Under the pieces are notes generated by a model. It had not been told where the DNA came from, searched no databases, and worked only from the letters and a program-made list of their open reading frames with translations. The position numbers and the translations under genes are program-made. From Paecilomyces variotii (Eukaryota): a stretch of DNA of 64,000 nucleotides. The stretch's first letter is position 1, and the number at the start of each line of letters is the position of its first letter. The stretch lies in NCBI GenBank assembly GCA_004022145.1, contig RCNU01000005.1; one strand, given 5' to 3'. Of this stretch, positions 24,442 to 37,099 are shown piece by piece.

Positions 24442-26710
24442 GGTCGGTGTAGTAATATGTCTGGGTGGGAGCTGGATGAGCTCAATCCGACGTGACTCGC
24501 TTTCTTCTGCCTGTGAGTCAAAGCCGCGGCGGTGGACAGGGCAGCCAATCAGGGCAGGGCGCGGCGGAGGGCGGTGAACGCGCGCAGTCGAGTAGGGCTG
24601 CAAGGAGCAGACGCGATATGTGATGGATCTGCAGAGGCCAACAACGCGATGGTCGTGGTATGTTGGTATTTGAGGGCTGGAAAGCTGGTGGTTTTTTTGT
24701 GCTGTGGTTTCTGTGCTGGAGGGGAATGCTTGTCATCAGGGGCAGAGGGCCAGTTTTTATCTCCTGATGCCTCCGCTGTCCAGCTGAGTTTTTTCTTCCT
24801 TTTTTTTTCAGACTTTCTGTCTATTTCCACCCTGGAGCCGTGAGCCGTGTAGGACCGGCAGTCGGTCGGAGGTAAGAGACGGCCGGAGCGTTTCGCTTGC
24901 TTTGTCGCCGAGGCCCCACAGCGCCCGCGGTGATGAATCAGAGATCTCCGTGCTCACCGCATCCAGCCTCACCGCCCTCGGGTTCCATGGTCTTCCAGTC
25001 CGAACAAGTTAGCAGTTGATAGTTCCAGCCCTGCCAGTTTCGTTGATCCTGCTAGTACTGTAACTACTCATTCGACTGACCGATCTTCCCGTTCCGCGGA
25101 ACCGATGGCCTCCTTGCTCCAGCAAAATCGTTGCCTCGGACGAACTGTGATCTCGTCCACCACCCAGCTTTTGTTCATGTAATTTGAACTTACACCTCGG
25201 ATGGATGAGAAATCACGTCGGTCGAATTCTTATCGGACAGTTTACTCTGACCTCCACCAGGCCGTCGATGACTTCTTCCACTCCTCCAGATGCTGATTTC
25301 AAACCCCACAATGATGTCTAAGACTTCCCCCGGATGTGGCAAGCCCACATCTTGTCTTGTCTTGTCATATTGATGAATTCCCCTATTGGGGACGAAGCAC
25401 GGACCGGAGTTGACAGGATGTGAATCGACGATGATTGTGGCATTGCTTTGCTGCATGGCCAGAATCAACATTAGTGATCAACAAGAGAACAGTCCTAGCG
25501 AATCGCCGGTCGCTGCTGGCTGCCAAGGTCGAGAGTCCTCCAAGTCTAGACGTTGTTACTATGTAGTTACTACTGACGATTGAGTCTTACGGCCTTACCC
25601 CTCTCCGTGGCTCCGCGCGCTGTCGGGCCTTATGAACGCGATGCCAGCGCAGCAGGACGCAAATCAGCAGGACACAACCCCTGTCTGTTTCCATCTGCCG
25701 TGCCTGTGCTGTCCTCGCCTGATGTGCATTTCCATCCGAAACAGTAGTGCCTAATGAGCGTGAACCCGTGGTGACTCCTAGGCTTATGGTATTACTTGTC
25801 GCACGGACAATGCCTCGACTGCAGTCATCCCGCAGAATAATCTCGTATCTAGGCTCGCAGTGGATTCCCGTTTAGGCATTTGCATAGGCAACTGAATTCT
25901 CCCGACAACCCCTGGCTTGGATGCTGAGCACACACTGCCTCTGGCCTAGACCGAACATTTGTTTGGGTATTTTCACAAAATACTGCTGCCTCGACTCATC
26001 TCATTTCTCCAGAATGAGCTACACCAACCACCTCAAAGGACCTGGTATTCGTTGGAGATACAGAGTTGGTTTTGAGTGAGCTTAGTTATCAGCCCCTGTG
26101 CACGGTCACCTGCACCGTCCAGCTGGGACCATCTAAGCTCAAGCTTCCGTTAGGCATTCTGACCTGTGCATTCCGCCCGCACCCGATCACCCCTTGGTGT
26201 GTATGGAAACTCTCGTAGATCCTAAAGTCGACTTTCAGAAATGCTCTGAGTTCCTTGCAGCGGGCGACGCTCAAATCTCAGACGGATTAATTATTATGAG
26301 TTAGCCTGATGGTCCAGTGATGATAGTGAAACGAAACGAGCCTCACCGCCCTGGGACGGATCCGGGGAAAATCCTCGTCCTGCCCCGCCCATGCCGTATT
26401 TCCGTATCCCCGATATCCGGGGATCGTCAGCCCTACCAGCCACAGCCTCACTTTGTGTCCCAAAACAGCAGTTCTGGATCTGGGAAGGGAGAAAATGGTG
26501 AGTTTGCTTTTCGTTGTCGTCGAAATAAATCTGGAGTAGTACTCCCCTTTAGGATTGGAGCACCAAAACCTGGCTCACCACGTTTTGGATAGGATGCAAG
26601 ACCCATTTGTGCAGCCATGATCAGCGGCACAAGTATGGCATAATCGGTACAAAGCATAATAATGGGCATAGAATATATTTATCTTGACTTCACCGCCTGT
26701 ACTCGATTAA

Positions 26711-27224
26711 CGGATATGAAGGCCCCGTTGATGGCTCCGATTAAAGGCGCAATGCAATGGTCACGAGACCGACTCCGGAGACGCTGAAGTTGTACAGTGG
26801 GACGGTGAAGAGTTGCGCGAGGACACTCCCAACCACCACCGACCAGGAGGTGTTTAGGCCATAGGCGAAGAATGAGAAGATTGACATGTGGGAAACCAAG
26901 CATCGTCAACGAACGGATCAAGTCCTACCAGAAAGGCTCGTCCGAGACACGACCGTAGAAGGTCTTAGGTCATGCCAATACATGGCTGTGCTTCAGTTCA
27001 ATAGATCGTGAAGCGAGCAGCGACTTATAGAAATGAGCGAAATATGCCCATACGCTGATGAAAAGCAATATATTCTTTAGGAGAAAGATGGGTACCAAGA
27101 TGACACCTGTATTGCGGCCCTGTTCGTGTCGCAGTACCGATGTCTGATTCTCTATCACGTCGCTGAGCAGTGCCGTTCCCGGTATGTGCTCGAGATGGTC
27201 GTCTTCTAGCACGCCTAGACCCAT
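26711..27224 (-). pseudogene. Decayed, internally deleted MFS transporter gene
   Basis: N-terminus MGLGVLEDDHLEHIPGTALL...GRNTGVILVP is typical of a fungal MFS family. It is followed by mid-protein fragments FYGRVSDEPFW*DLIR...FPHV / IFSFFAYGLNTSWSVVVGSVLAQLFTVPLYNFSVSGVGLV / IAPLIGAINGAFIS in shifting frames. Confidence 0.8.
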
Positions 27225-30060
27225 CTTTGATAGTGAATGAACATCGAGAGGAATGAAACACTGGCCGAATCTGCGGACAACCAGTTTAGACTGAAACTTG
27301 CTTTTTCTAGGGCATTTCTCTATTCATACAAAATACGGGGAAGATGCAGGTCTACTCTTAATTGGAACTATATCGCCGCGGAACATCTAGATATCTGCAA
27401 GCTCAGCACCAACATCTGGGGTAAATCTGGGGAGAAGCGCCACGTGTATTGGAGGTTCTCGACCACGGTGGGTAATTGATCAATTGAAGCTTAGAGACTT
27501 GGAGAAGGAAGTGTTTGATCTTTATGTGTTTTGTTGCTATGATGGGCCCTTTTTCAGCCTGGTGTGAGTATCTACCTGCTCGAGGTGACTATTTTAGATT
27601 GGGTATTCTAGAGACTGAGCTCTGGAGCTCCAGTTAGAGATCCACAATTTTTATAGTACTCTGGCATCTATAGATGCAAGGGCCAGTAAGATCTACTTGG
27701 CGATAGTTAGGTAGGTAGTTTGACTGCGTATAGAGCTTTTCGCTTTTTTTCGGACAGCGCGAAAAAGTACTTTGTAGAATCTGACAGGGTCACGTATACT
27801 TCAAATAATTTGAATTTCCAGCTCATCTACAGCACTCTAAATACCAGGCTTTTAGGGCATCTAACTTATACTGTGTTCTGTTCTAGAAACCGACGTGGAC
27901 AACTCGTTAAAAAGGGACGTGTATCATGTACTCCGTTAAGCAATATACTAGCTACGTCCGGCCTTCATTGCGAAACTATATCGCTTCCAGTTACCGGGCA
28001 ACTGAATTCAGATACATCTCGAACATCTACGAGCTCTATATAGCATTCGGACAAGACCGTCCCGTTCCAATCCGATCCATGTAATGCCTGTATGAACGGG
28101 GGTTGGCCAGATCGGCCTCCGGAGCGCCCTTCACGCCGACCCGGAACAATGCTCCCCGGATGAATAATATGCATTATTCTGATTAGTTAACTCTTTAGTT
28201 TGTTAGTTAAGCTATGCATGAATAACTTCTTATGCGGTTCCCAGAGTCACGAGACACCAATTTTGTGATGTCATATGCACGTGAATTATACACATGATGG
28301 GAATTCCTTCCGTAATCTTCCTTCCTTGCCGTCATCAACGGCGTCTATTCTTCAAGGTTGTTGCGGACGAAGGGAAGCGAGGTAAATTTTTCGTCAGCTA
28401 TATATATACATTGCCTAGGTAAAGTAAAGTAAAGTAGAGTAAACGACATTCGTTTGACGGAGACCACTTCACGTCAGATACTGCCGGATATAGTAAACTG
28501 TGGATAAATGTCAGCTATCATGGAGTCATCGATCTTAAGGCCAAAGATGACAAATTGAAAAACCAGTAAGATCCCATTTTTCTGCCGGTCTTATTCCAGG
28601 CCTGCTAGCAACTCTTCCCCGGAGTTTACCTTCAATTGCTCCATTCCGTTAGCTAATAATAAAGCTAGCTTAGTTGATTATCAGGTCTGAGTCATCCAAG
28701 ATGTAGTGATTCATTCTCGACTCTTCCGGATAGATAGTTTGATCTTTTTTACTAATGTTCCATCTGAGGCTAGAACTAAACCCAGATAAATAAACCGTCT
28801 TATTATAAGAAAATCTCGGCTCCTATGCTCTAAATGAGAGTAGTTACATTGCTACAACCTGAAGGCCACCTCATTAGTTTCGCGTTCATTATTAATTAGC
28901 AACAGAAAAACCAAAGAGAAAAAACTTTTCTTCCCGCAGACTATATCCTTTACCGCTACTATTTTGCCCTGGCCTTATTTCCTTCTTGGTCATCTAACCG
29001 AAGCTCCGGGACGGGAACCCCATCGGATGGGGCCCGCTTCGCTTAAACGGGCATAACCGCTGTATAAAAAATTTTTCTTAGCGTTGATATTTTCCTCGAT
29101 CTGGTATGTCCTCGTGACAAACCGCAAAATGAATAAAACGGTTTACCATAAACGATAATGATCTTCAATGTTGGATTGTTCCAATTTACCGACTTTGAAC
29201 CGTTGCAGGGTTTTATCCTCGGTATATCTATCTAGTGCTACAGGTTCCGATTCCCGTCTGAGTTTTGCTTTTCTCTGGCTATTTCAGACGATTGAGTCCT
29301 GCGATGGAAGACGCTTGGTTTCGGAGGTATAATCATAATCATTATTATTATTTTTATTGAATCATATTTACTTAGATTCAACAACCCTTATACTACCAAG
29401 CCCCGTTCGGGCATTTGCTGTAACCCCGAAAGCCCAGACACATATCTAAAAGGTACCATACCCACATCGGCGGCTCCACGTCGCAAGGCTCTTCTTTTAG
29501 ATCGATTTTTCTTCCCTTCTTAAGGCAGGAGGTTGTCTCTTTGGGTAGCTATGGGCCTGAGGGCAAAGTGAGAGGGTCTAGATGATCATAGATCTTGAGG
29601 GATCTGTGTCCGATCTTCGAGTCGGATTTATGTCGGTACTGATGACTGTAGTGGAATGCCGGCACGACTTGGTTGTGGTATACGGTATGCTGGGATTATA
29701 CACTACTAGATAATTAATGTTGGGGAAATAGCTTGTTGGGTAGGTGCATCTACTGAATTTAGTTGGCACACTCTCTATGAGTATTTATGGGTTTCGTATA
29801 TTAATAGCACAACTCCCTTTAGATTATAAGTTGTCTTGTTCATATCTCCATATGCGCTATGTCGAGTCACTCAAGGAATACCTCTTAAGATTATATGCAT
29901 CAGTGGTTACGGGTAATTAATATATATATGTCTGAGTGTCCAACGTAGGTATATATCAAAGTCACTTTAGAATATACATCGTTGCCTGGATGAGATGAGC
30001 GTTTGCTTTTATTATACATCTATCACACAACCCTCCACTATTTATCTTTCAACATATATA

Positions 30061-30560
30061 TTAACACCTCTTCGATATGATCCCATATCGTAAATGGCTT
30101 TTACCCTCATACTCCTTCAGCGCCACATTTGGTAGCCGTGTAGCCATATAGCGCCCCATCTGAGGAGGCATGTTGACATCCTGCGTGCCTTACTATAAAG
30201 CCTTATCCCAGGATAATTGACCTCTTCCAGGTCAAACTCCCAATTGCTCATAGCTAAGTCGCTTATCCTGGATATAGCTCCGAGCAATCCCGTCTATACA
30301 TTTCCCTGGTGATCTTAACGAGCCCCTGAATGACTTCCTCGCTTCCTAAAGCCTGTCGATCTCCCTTGGGGAGATATTTGTTCTGTTCCAGAATTAGCTC
30401 TTACACGTCTTCTCTGGACTCTTATCCTGTGCCTTGGGAACGATATATCGATCGAAGATCTTCTTCAAAGACCCGTGGCTGCTTCTCGCATACGATGGCC
30501 GACTTGTCGCATGAGCCGACCAGTACTTTCTCACGTGTCGCGTCGAATTGCTTCCGGTGA
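30061..30560 (-). pseudogene. Alpha/beta-hydrolase remnant (C-terminal half)
   Basis: Fragments in shifting frames: GLVKITREMYR / YIQD / WEFDLEEVNYPGIRL / QDVNMPPQMGRYMATRLPNVALKEYEGKSH / TIWDHIEEVL. They include the presumed catalytic Asp and His segments. Confidence 0.72.
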
Positions 30561-31094
30561 GGTATTATATAAGACAGTATATGGTGCAGTACGCAAGTGC
30601 TGTGCTTTTGGAAATAATGGTAACTCCCAACTATATACAGCTAGCTAAGGAATGTACTGGAATAACCCCAAAGCTTAATTGAACCTTAAGCAGCTGAATG
30701 AAATGAGCTTTGAAGCCTGTAGAGCTGGAGGTTAGTCTGAACGAGGTGATCTACAGCAAAAGAAACGTTTGTATCATCGACAATCAAGCAGTGTATATCT
30801 AGCTCGAATATAGTAGACCTGCTGGGGAATATGGCATCCAGAGGAAGTATATGGTCATGTGACCAGAGGAATATCCGTTGGAGATCCTCCTTCGAGGACG
30901 CCCTAGCTATAGACTATGAGGTGATTCAATATAGTAGTTGGTAATAGGCTCATAATTGGATAGTTAGATCAATAAACATATTTTTCATCAGTTCGTTTCA
31001 TATCCAAATGCCCCCCGCCAGTAGAACTCCTAGATCGCTAAATTCCCGATACCAAGAATATATAGATACATAGATCCTGAAACACGCCATCTAA

Positions 31095-33010
31095 TAATCT
31101 ATGGCTTGTCTTCAATGCACGTCATCCTGAGAATCGATGCCACCTCATATCCTATGCTGATATGCTTATATATAATGGATCGCGCCCAAATCCTAATATT
31201 CAGCAAGTCAGCATGGGAGTCCCGTTCTGTACCACCAAGTATCGGATCCATTGTGCGAGTCGGAAATCCTACCTGCCCCTTTGAACCTCGTCGTCCGATA
31301 GTTTTGGCCTGAAAATTTGTATTCAAAGGATGCGCTATGGTGATCTGCTTGTTCACTTTAGGGGTCAAAAGCAATGCTATGGGCTTTGAACACGCTAGAC
31401 AATAAATGGATTTTCAGGCAATTGCGGCGAGAAGACATCGTCAGGGAGCCCAAGGTTCGCGTGATATTGCCAATATGAAGAGGCATAGTCATAAAAAGAT
31501 GACGATTGACTTTCTGGCATCTCTTGATCTTCCCCTGGTCTGAATAGATCCAACGAAAGATATGATGCACATACCCAAGCAATTTCAGAATGTGCATTCC
31601 CAAACCAGTCTTTCCACTTTCGTAGGAAATACTCCTGCGCAGTGAAATGCACTAGGCGAAGTACCTTACTCTTTTCATCGAATGTGACCAACCCAGAGCA
31701 AACTTCAATGATTAAATCTACCTCGGGCATGTTGTCTTCATCGAATTTTTTAGTTTCACGAGTGATGGCAAGAGCATGCTGCAGCCCTTCAATAGTCAAA
31801 AGCCTCTTTGTGCGGACGGTCCACATCAGCGCCCGTCTGGCTAGGAGATTATCAGTCTGATTTTGGATTCGGACTGAAGACTCATGATAGACCTGATAGT
31901 ACGCATTCGAACCCGTCGGAAGTATTGTCAAGGCTCTCCTTACATCTCCCTTCGAGACTTTATCCCTCAGGGAGTCCATGTGCAATGTCGCGAGCAGGAA
32001 CCTAATTAGGGCATTAGTGTATGTCTTAACCACCTGCTAGTTATTGGTTATTCTCACATTCCGTCCACAGCCTGAACAATCGTTTCTTTGACTTTCGATC
32101 TCAATTTCTGATCCTCCGACACAAATGGCCGTGCTTTATTCATCTGTCCGTCAATATAACTGCGTACATCGTCGTCCAGTGCACGGATCTCAATCAAGTC
32201 GCTCCTGTTCCTGCGAAACATGCTTGCAATGTCGGCCACATGTCGGGAAGTTGCGATAAAGCTTACGGGAACGCTCTGCTGCAGCCTGAAAAGAGCAATA
32301 AGCAGTTGACGGCAAGTTCCATCCGAAGCTTTCATCTCGTCTAATGCATCAACTATGACAAAGGTCTTTTCACGAGATGTCATCAATGTTCCTAGCATTT
32401 GGAGGAGTTTCTCAGGAGAAGGATAAATATGGTGCGTCCAAAATTGCTCATAAACTTCTGTCACGCACTCGGGAAGCTCAGGAAGCGGCTGCGAAAGTTG
32501 CTTGAGCAAGGAAGAGAGAATAGCTTGGAGATGCTGCTCACTCTGACGAAGGACGCTGCCATATACGTATGCGATACCGATATTATCGGCTTTAGAAAAT
32601 TGTTGGTGTAGGTGGTGTACAATTATAGCAGTCATTACCGTCTTGCCAGCTCCAGGAATGCCCTGGCATAGTAGGGTTTTACTTTGTCCATTGAGCCTTT
32701 TCAGGAACCCATCAGATTCCAAGAACCACTGGCCGGTATTTTCTTGTCGCAGGGCGAAGGAATCGCTTTGCTCGCTGTCATGATCAATTGGGCTTAACCA
32801 ATTTAAGACCTTTTGCCTGTAAGTGTTGTTAATCGTTTCTCTTAGCTTCTGAACGCCTTTATCGATGACCCAGTGTGCTGATCACTTTTCTTTAATGTTA
32901 GTGGCTATTGGCCATATGTGAGCTCAGAGGTATATAACTTACCATCCTTCATATTGCTGGTCGCGGCTTCTGTATTCTTCACGCAGATTGATTCACCAGG
33001 CAATAAACGC
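31095..33010 (-). pseudogene. NACHT (NLR-like STAND) gene, truncated or decayed
   Basis: WLSPIDH...NTGQWFLES, Walker A GIPGAGKT, Walker B FVIVDALDE. Intron within the GM|FLLATLH junction (~32057-32002). Winged-helix region CSGLVTFDEKSKVLRLVHFTAQEYF and FYDYASSYWQYHA. Stop at 31395, followed by stop-riddled ankyrin-like residue. No in-frame start for the NACHT exon. Confidence 0.8.
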
Positions 33011-33558
33011 TCTCAACCAAACATATTCTGGGAATTGGTTTCCTGGCGCTCTAGAGGACTCTTTCTGAGTCAATCTACTCGGACCCAACTTGGGTTGATA
33101 TAATAACTATAGTGTGAACGACCGCGATCTTCTCCACTTCCCCGGACTGAATTCGTGCTGGGATTGGGAGAAAATCCCGAGAGACACCCAGGACCTGCTA
33201 AAGCAATGGCTTGCCACAGATATAATTGCATTCGTGCATTACTCACTCAAGGACGACGCGTCGAATTGGAGGCATATTATTCTCATAAATGTCGGAACTG
33301 GAGACTTCTAAGGGTTTTGGTATCTCCGCATGAAGAACATCAGTTGCAAAGAGCCGTGTAATGAATGCTCGATCGAATAAGTGTGCATCACAATGGGCCT
33401 CGTGAAGCATCCCCAATGGATGTCTAATAAAATTTGAGAATCTGAGTCTATTTTGGCACAATGACGATGACTGCACTCTATGCTGGAACAGAGATCGGAG
33501 CCGACGAGTCGGAACCGCCCTCGACGACATAGCATTCGTATAATAATTGCCCGCCATA

Positions 33559-33571
33559 CCGCATCGCACCG
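33559..33571. promoter_or_regulatory. CCG-N7-CCG motif (AcuK/AcuM, AOD2/AOD5 type) upstream of alternative oxidase
   Basis: CCGCATCGCACCG ends ~115 bp before the aox ATG. It is the reverse complement of the CGG-N7-CGG alternative oxidase induction motif. Confidence 0.65.
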
Positions 33572-33684
33572 GGAATAAGGACAATTAAAGATTGGAGTCT
33601 ACTACGAGAACTTCGATTCATCTTGTCCTGTTCATTGCGTCTTCACTTATACTCATTACTGTCGACCTCTAGCTTCTGTGGATA

Positions 33685-34895
33685 ATGCTACAGCTACGGG
33701 GACCCCTCACGGCGCGATGCGTGAAGTCCGCCTTGGAGGTCGGAATTGTTAATCTAACTCGTCCATCATGCTTTCCCAGACAGTCTGTCGGCATTGGAGG
33801 AATGGTACTGGCAGAGCGGAGGCCCTTCTCGTCAACCGCTCGTTCCAAACAGCGAGAAGTATTCCCCGAATACGGGGAGACAAAACGTATTCGATCGACA
33901 AAGCCTGCGTGGCCGCATCCTGTGTAAGACTAATCTTCCAACTTCTTTCTCCTGAAATTTACATTCAAATGGAAAAACAGTTGCTAACTTGAAGGTTCCT
34001 GCTAGGTTCACTGAGGAACAACTTCGATCTCCTGTCGTCGGCCCCGCTCATAGACCTCCACGGAATTTCTCGGACAGATGGGCATTGGGCCTCATAAAAT
34101 TTGCGCGATGGTGTATGGATAGGGCTACGGGGTTCAAGGTATTGCCAAACCCCACGGATCCTAATACTCCAATGACAAACATGGATGAGCGCGGATGGCT
34201 GATGCGGTTTATCTTGTGCGTACGCCCCCATCCGGTCTATATCATCTCGGCCAGACCTATTCAGTGAACATAGCTTACGCTTTGCTAGCTTGGAGTCGAT
34301 TGCTGGCGTCCCCGGTATGGTTGCTGGAATGCTGCGACACTTGCATTCCCTTCGTCATTTGAAGCGAGATAATGGCTGGATCGAGACGCTCCTAGAAGAG
34401 AGCTATAACGAACGAATGCACCTACTTACGTTCATGAGAATGGCCCAGCCCGGCTGGTTCATGAAGATAATGATCATCGGTGCTCAAGGTGTCTTCTTCA
34501 ACTCTTTGGTTATCTCGTACCTCATTTCTCCCAAGACATGCCATCGCTTCGTGGGTTACCTTGAAGAGGAGGCAGTGAAGACATACACGGTGGCACTCCA
34601 TGATATCGAAGTTGGTGCACTTACGCACTGGAGTAACCCCGAATTCAGGGCGCCAGATATTGCTATTCAGTACTGGAAAATGCCAGAGGGGCACCAAACC
34701 ATGAAGGATCTCATCCTCTACGTGCGTGCGGACGAGGCCAAGCATCGCGAGGTTAACCACACGTTTGGAAACCTGAAGCAAAGGGCCGATCCTAACCCAT
34801 TCGTCAGCGAGTATAAGGATGAGAAGCGGCCACACCCAAGCAAAGGTCTTGAGGCTACGAAGCCGACTGGATGGGAGAGAGATGAAGTGATCTGA
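33685..34895 (+). CDS. aoxA: Alternative oxidase, mitochondrial
   Basis: Presequence-like N-terminus. Motifs [39 protein letters not shown] and [12 protein letters not shown]. Introns 33924-34005 and 34216-34288. Confidence 0.97.
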
Positions 34896-35873
34896 AGGAA
34901 ACCCAACAGCGGAGCAAAAATGATATATGATGAAGCTTAGGATACACTGCATGGGACTGGTCTTCCTTGTGGTCTCACTTTTGGTCGTATGTTATGGAAT
35001 CTGCTAAAACTTACGCTTCTTCTTACACCTCTTTCTCATACTTACAGCTTAACAACTCTATAATCTAATACATGTTCGTTTCAAAAACCTAGCACATAGA
35101 AATTGATCGTACGACCCTCTAGACAAGATGAAACCAGTCTTTCCTGTCTTCGAATGTCAATATTGATTTGACTAGCTCCCGCAGAGCGCATGGTAACCGA
35201 AATCACCACTAAACTAAATATCAGAACCGCTACCAGTCCATACAAGACGCATATTGCCCTTCGGTAACATATCTTCCGTCATCACCGATGAACAATCCGT
35301 CCCCCTATTACCAGAAAGAAAGCCGAACTATCTTTTCGCTAATCCTTACGAATCCCTAGATTCACATGCGTTTCTTGATATCACTACTATCGAGATGAGA
35401 AAAAACCAATCAAGTAGCTCAAAGAAATAGAAGGCTCGATTCCAAGAAAAGAAAAAGGCGGAGAAAATTCCTCGAAGTGGAGAAGAATACTTAATGCGGG
35501 GAAAGCAAAACTACAGCCATACGGATTCCAAAAGTACCTAGGTAGGACGAGTGTCTTGCCAAGAAACTTAGCCAGCTTTCTATACTATGGAAGATATGTG
35601 TTCCTGTAGTAAAAGGAAAAAAGCTCCGCACTTCTCTTTTGTGAAACGTTTGGTTATTGTAGGTACCTTATCCCGGGAATCAAGATGAGTTTGGTAAGTA
35701 CTGCCGCGAGATTGTCATACAGGGAGCATGGATAGGCGCGGGGTTAATGGTATATAAATATCTTGCAATGTTCGTCTCTCTAGGGATATAATTCAGAAAA
35801 GAAAGCAATAATCCCTTCGATCTTCTTATTACTTACTATACTTCGGATTTCCTACCAGGGAGCCAAGCGCATT

Positions 35874-37099
35874 ATGTCTCAGTTAAAGATTGCCGTTGTC
35901 GGTCTTGGCCGTATGGTAAGTGAAAGTGAAAACTGCTAAGTATACAATTTTGCTTCTTCCATCCTGACGGATATAATATATATAATTATATAGGGAAAAC
36001 GCCATGTGCACACCCTTCTGTACAGAGTTCCTCGCGCCCAAATTGTTGCAGTCTGCAGTGTCACTCCCCACGAAGTCGAATGGGCCACTGCCAACGAGGA
36101 ATACAAGGAATTCAACATTGCCGTCTATAGCGACTATCAAGAGATGTTGAACCATCCTGGCCTTCAAGCAGTCTGGGTTTCAACCAGCACAGACGTGCAT
36201 GCCAGCCAGGCTCTTGCTGGCATTGAAAAGGGGATCCATGTACTGTGCGAAAAGCCACTCAGTACGGATTTGGAAGAAGTACGTATGACATAAAACCCTT
36301 TTCCTGCCCCCTTCAGAAGAGAGAAAAAAAGACAGGTCTGACGCTTGCTTCTCTGCTTGTTTCAAGTCTATAGGCTCAATCAGTCATCGATGCTGCAAAG
36401 AAGCACCCCGAGCTGAAGGTTATGGCCGGTTTCTCTCGACGGTTCGATGAGTCGTACCGCGATGCCAGCCGTAAGATTGCGGATAAAGCTATCGGGGAGC
36501 CATTCCTCGTGCGGTCTAACACATGTGATCTTCTCGACGACACGGGATTTTTTGTCCGCTACGCCTCTCGTAACGGAGGCATCTTCGTCGACTGTGCCAT
36601 CCACGACATCGACCTGTCATTGTGGTATCTTGGCAATCCTATTCCCAAGACTTGCTGGGCTGTGGGGACACTGCAGCACCACCCGGAACTGAAACAATTC
36701 AACGACGTCGACAACGCCGTCGGTGTCGTCGAGTACTGGGGTGGAAAGATTGCGTATTTCCATTGTTCAAGGACAATGCTGCACGGCCATGATACCGCCA
36801 CTGAAGTGACAGGCACCCAGGGTAAAATTTCTGTTAATCTGATCCCTCGGCAGAACAATGTCGTCCTAGCGGATAAGTTGGGAATGAGACATGAGGTTCA
36901 GCCTGAGTACTGGCAGCGATTCGAGCATGCTTTCGCCCTGGAAGCGAATGAGTTTGTTGAATCTGTTCTGAAAGATAAACCTGTGCCACTACCGCTTGAG
37001 ACGGGTATGATGGTGATGAAAATTGGTCGAGCTTTGCAGGATGCTTTGCTCTCGGGACAGGTTATCCGATTCAATGAGGCCGGAGAGCGCCTGAATTGA
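35874..37099 (+). CDS. Gfo/Idh/MocA oxidoreductase (myo-inositol 2-dehydrogenase-like)
   Basis: Motifs KIAVVGLGRMGKRH, HVLCEKP, GFSRRFD and GGIFVDCAIHDID. Introns 35916-35993 and 36279-36373. Confidence 0.92.
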
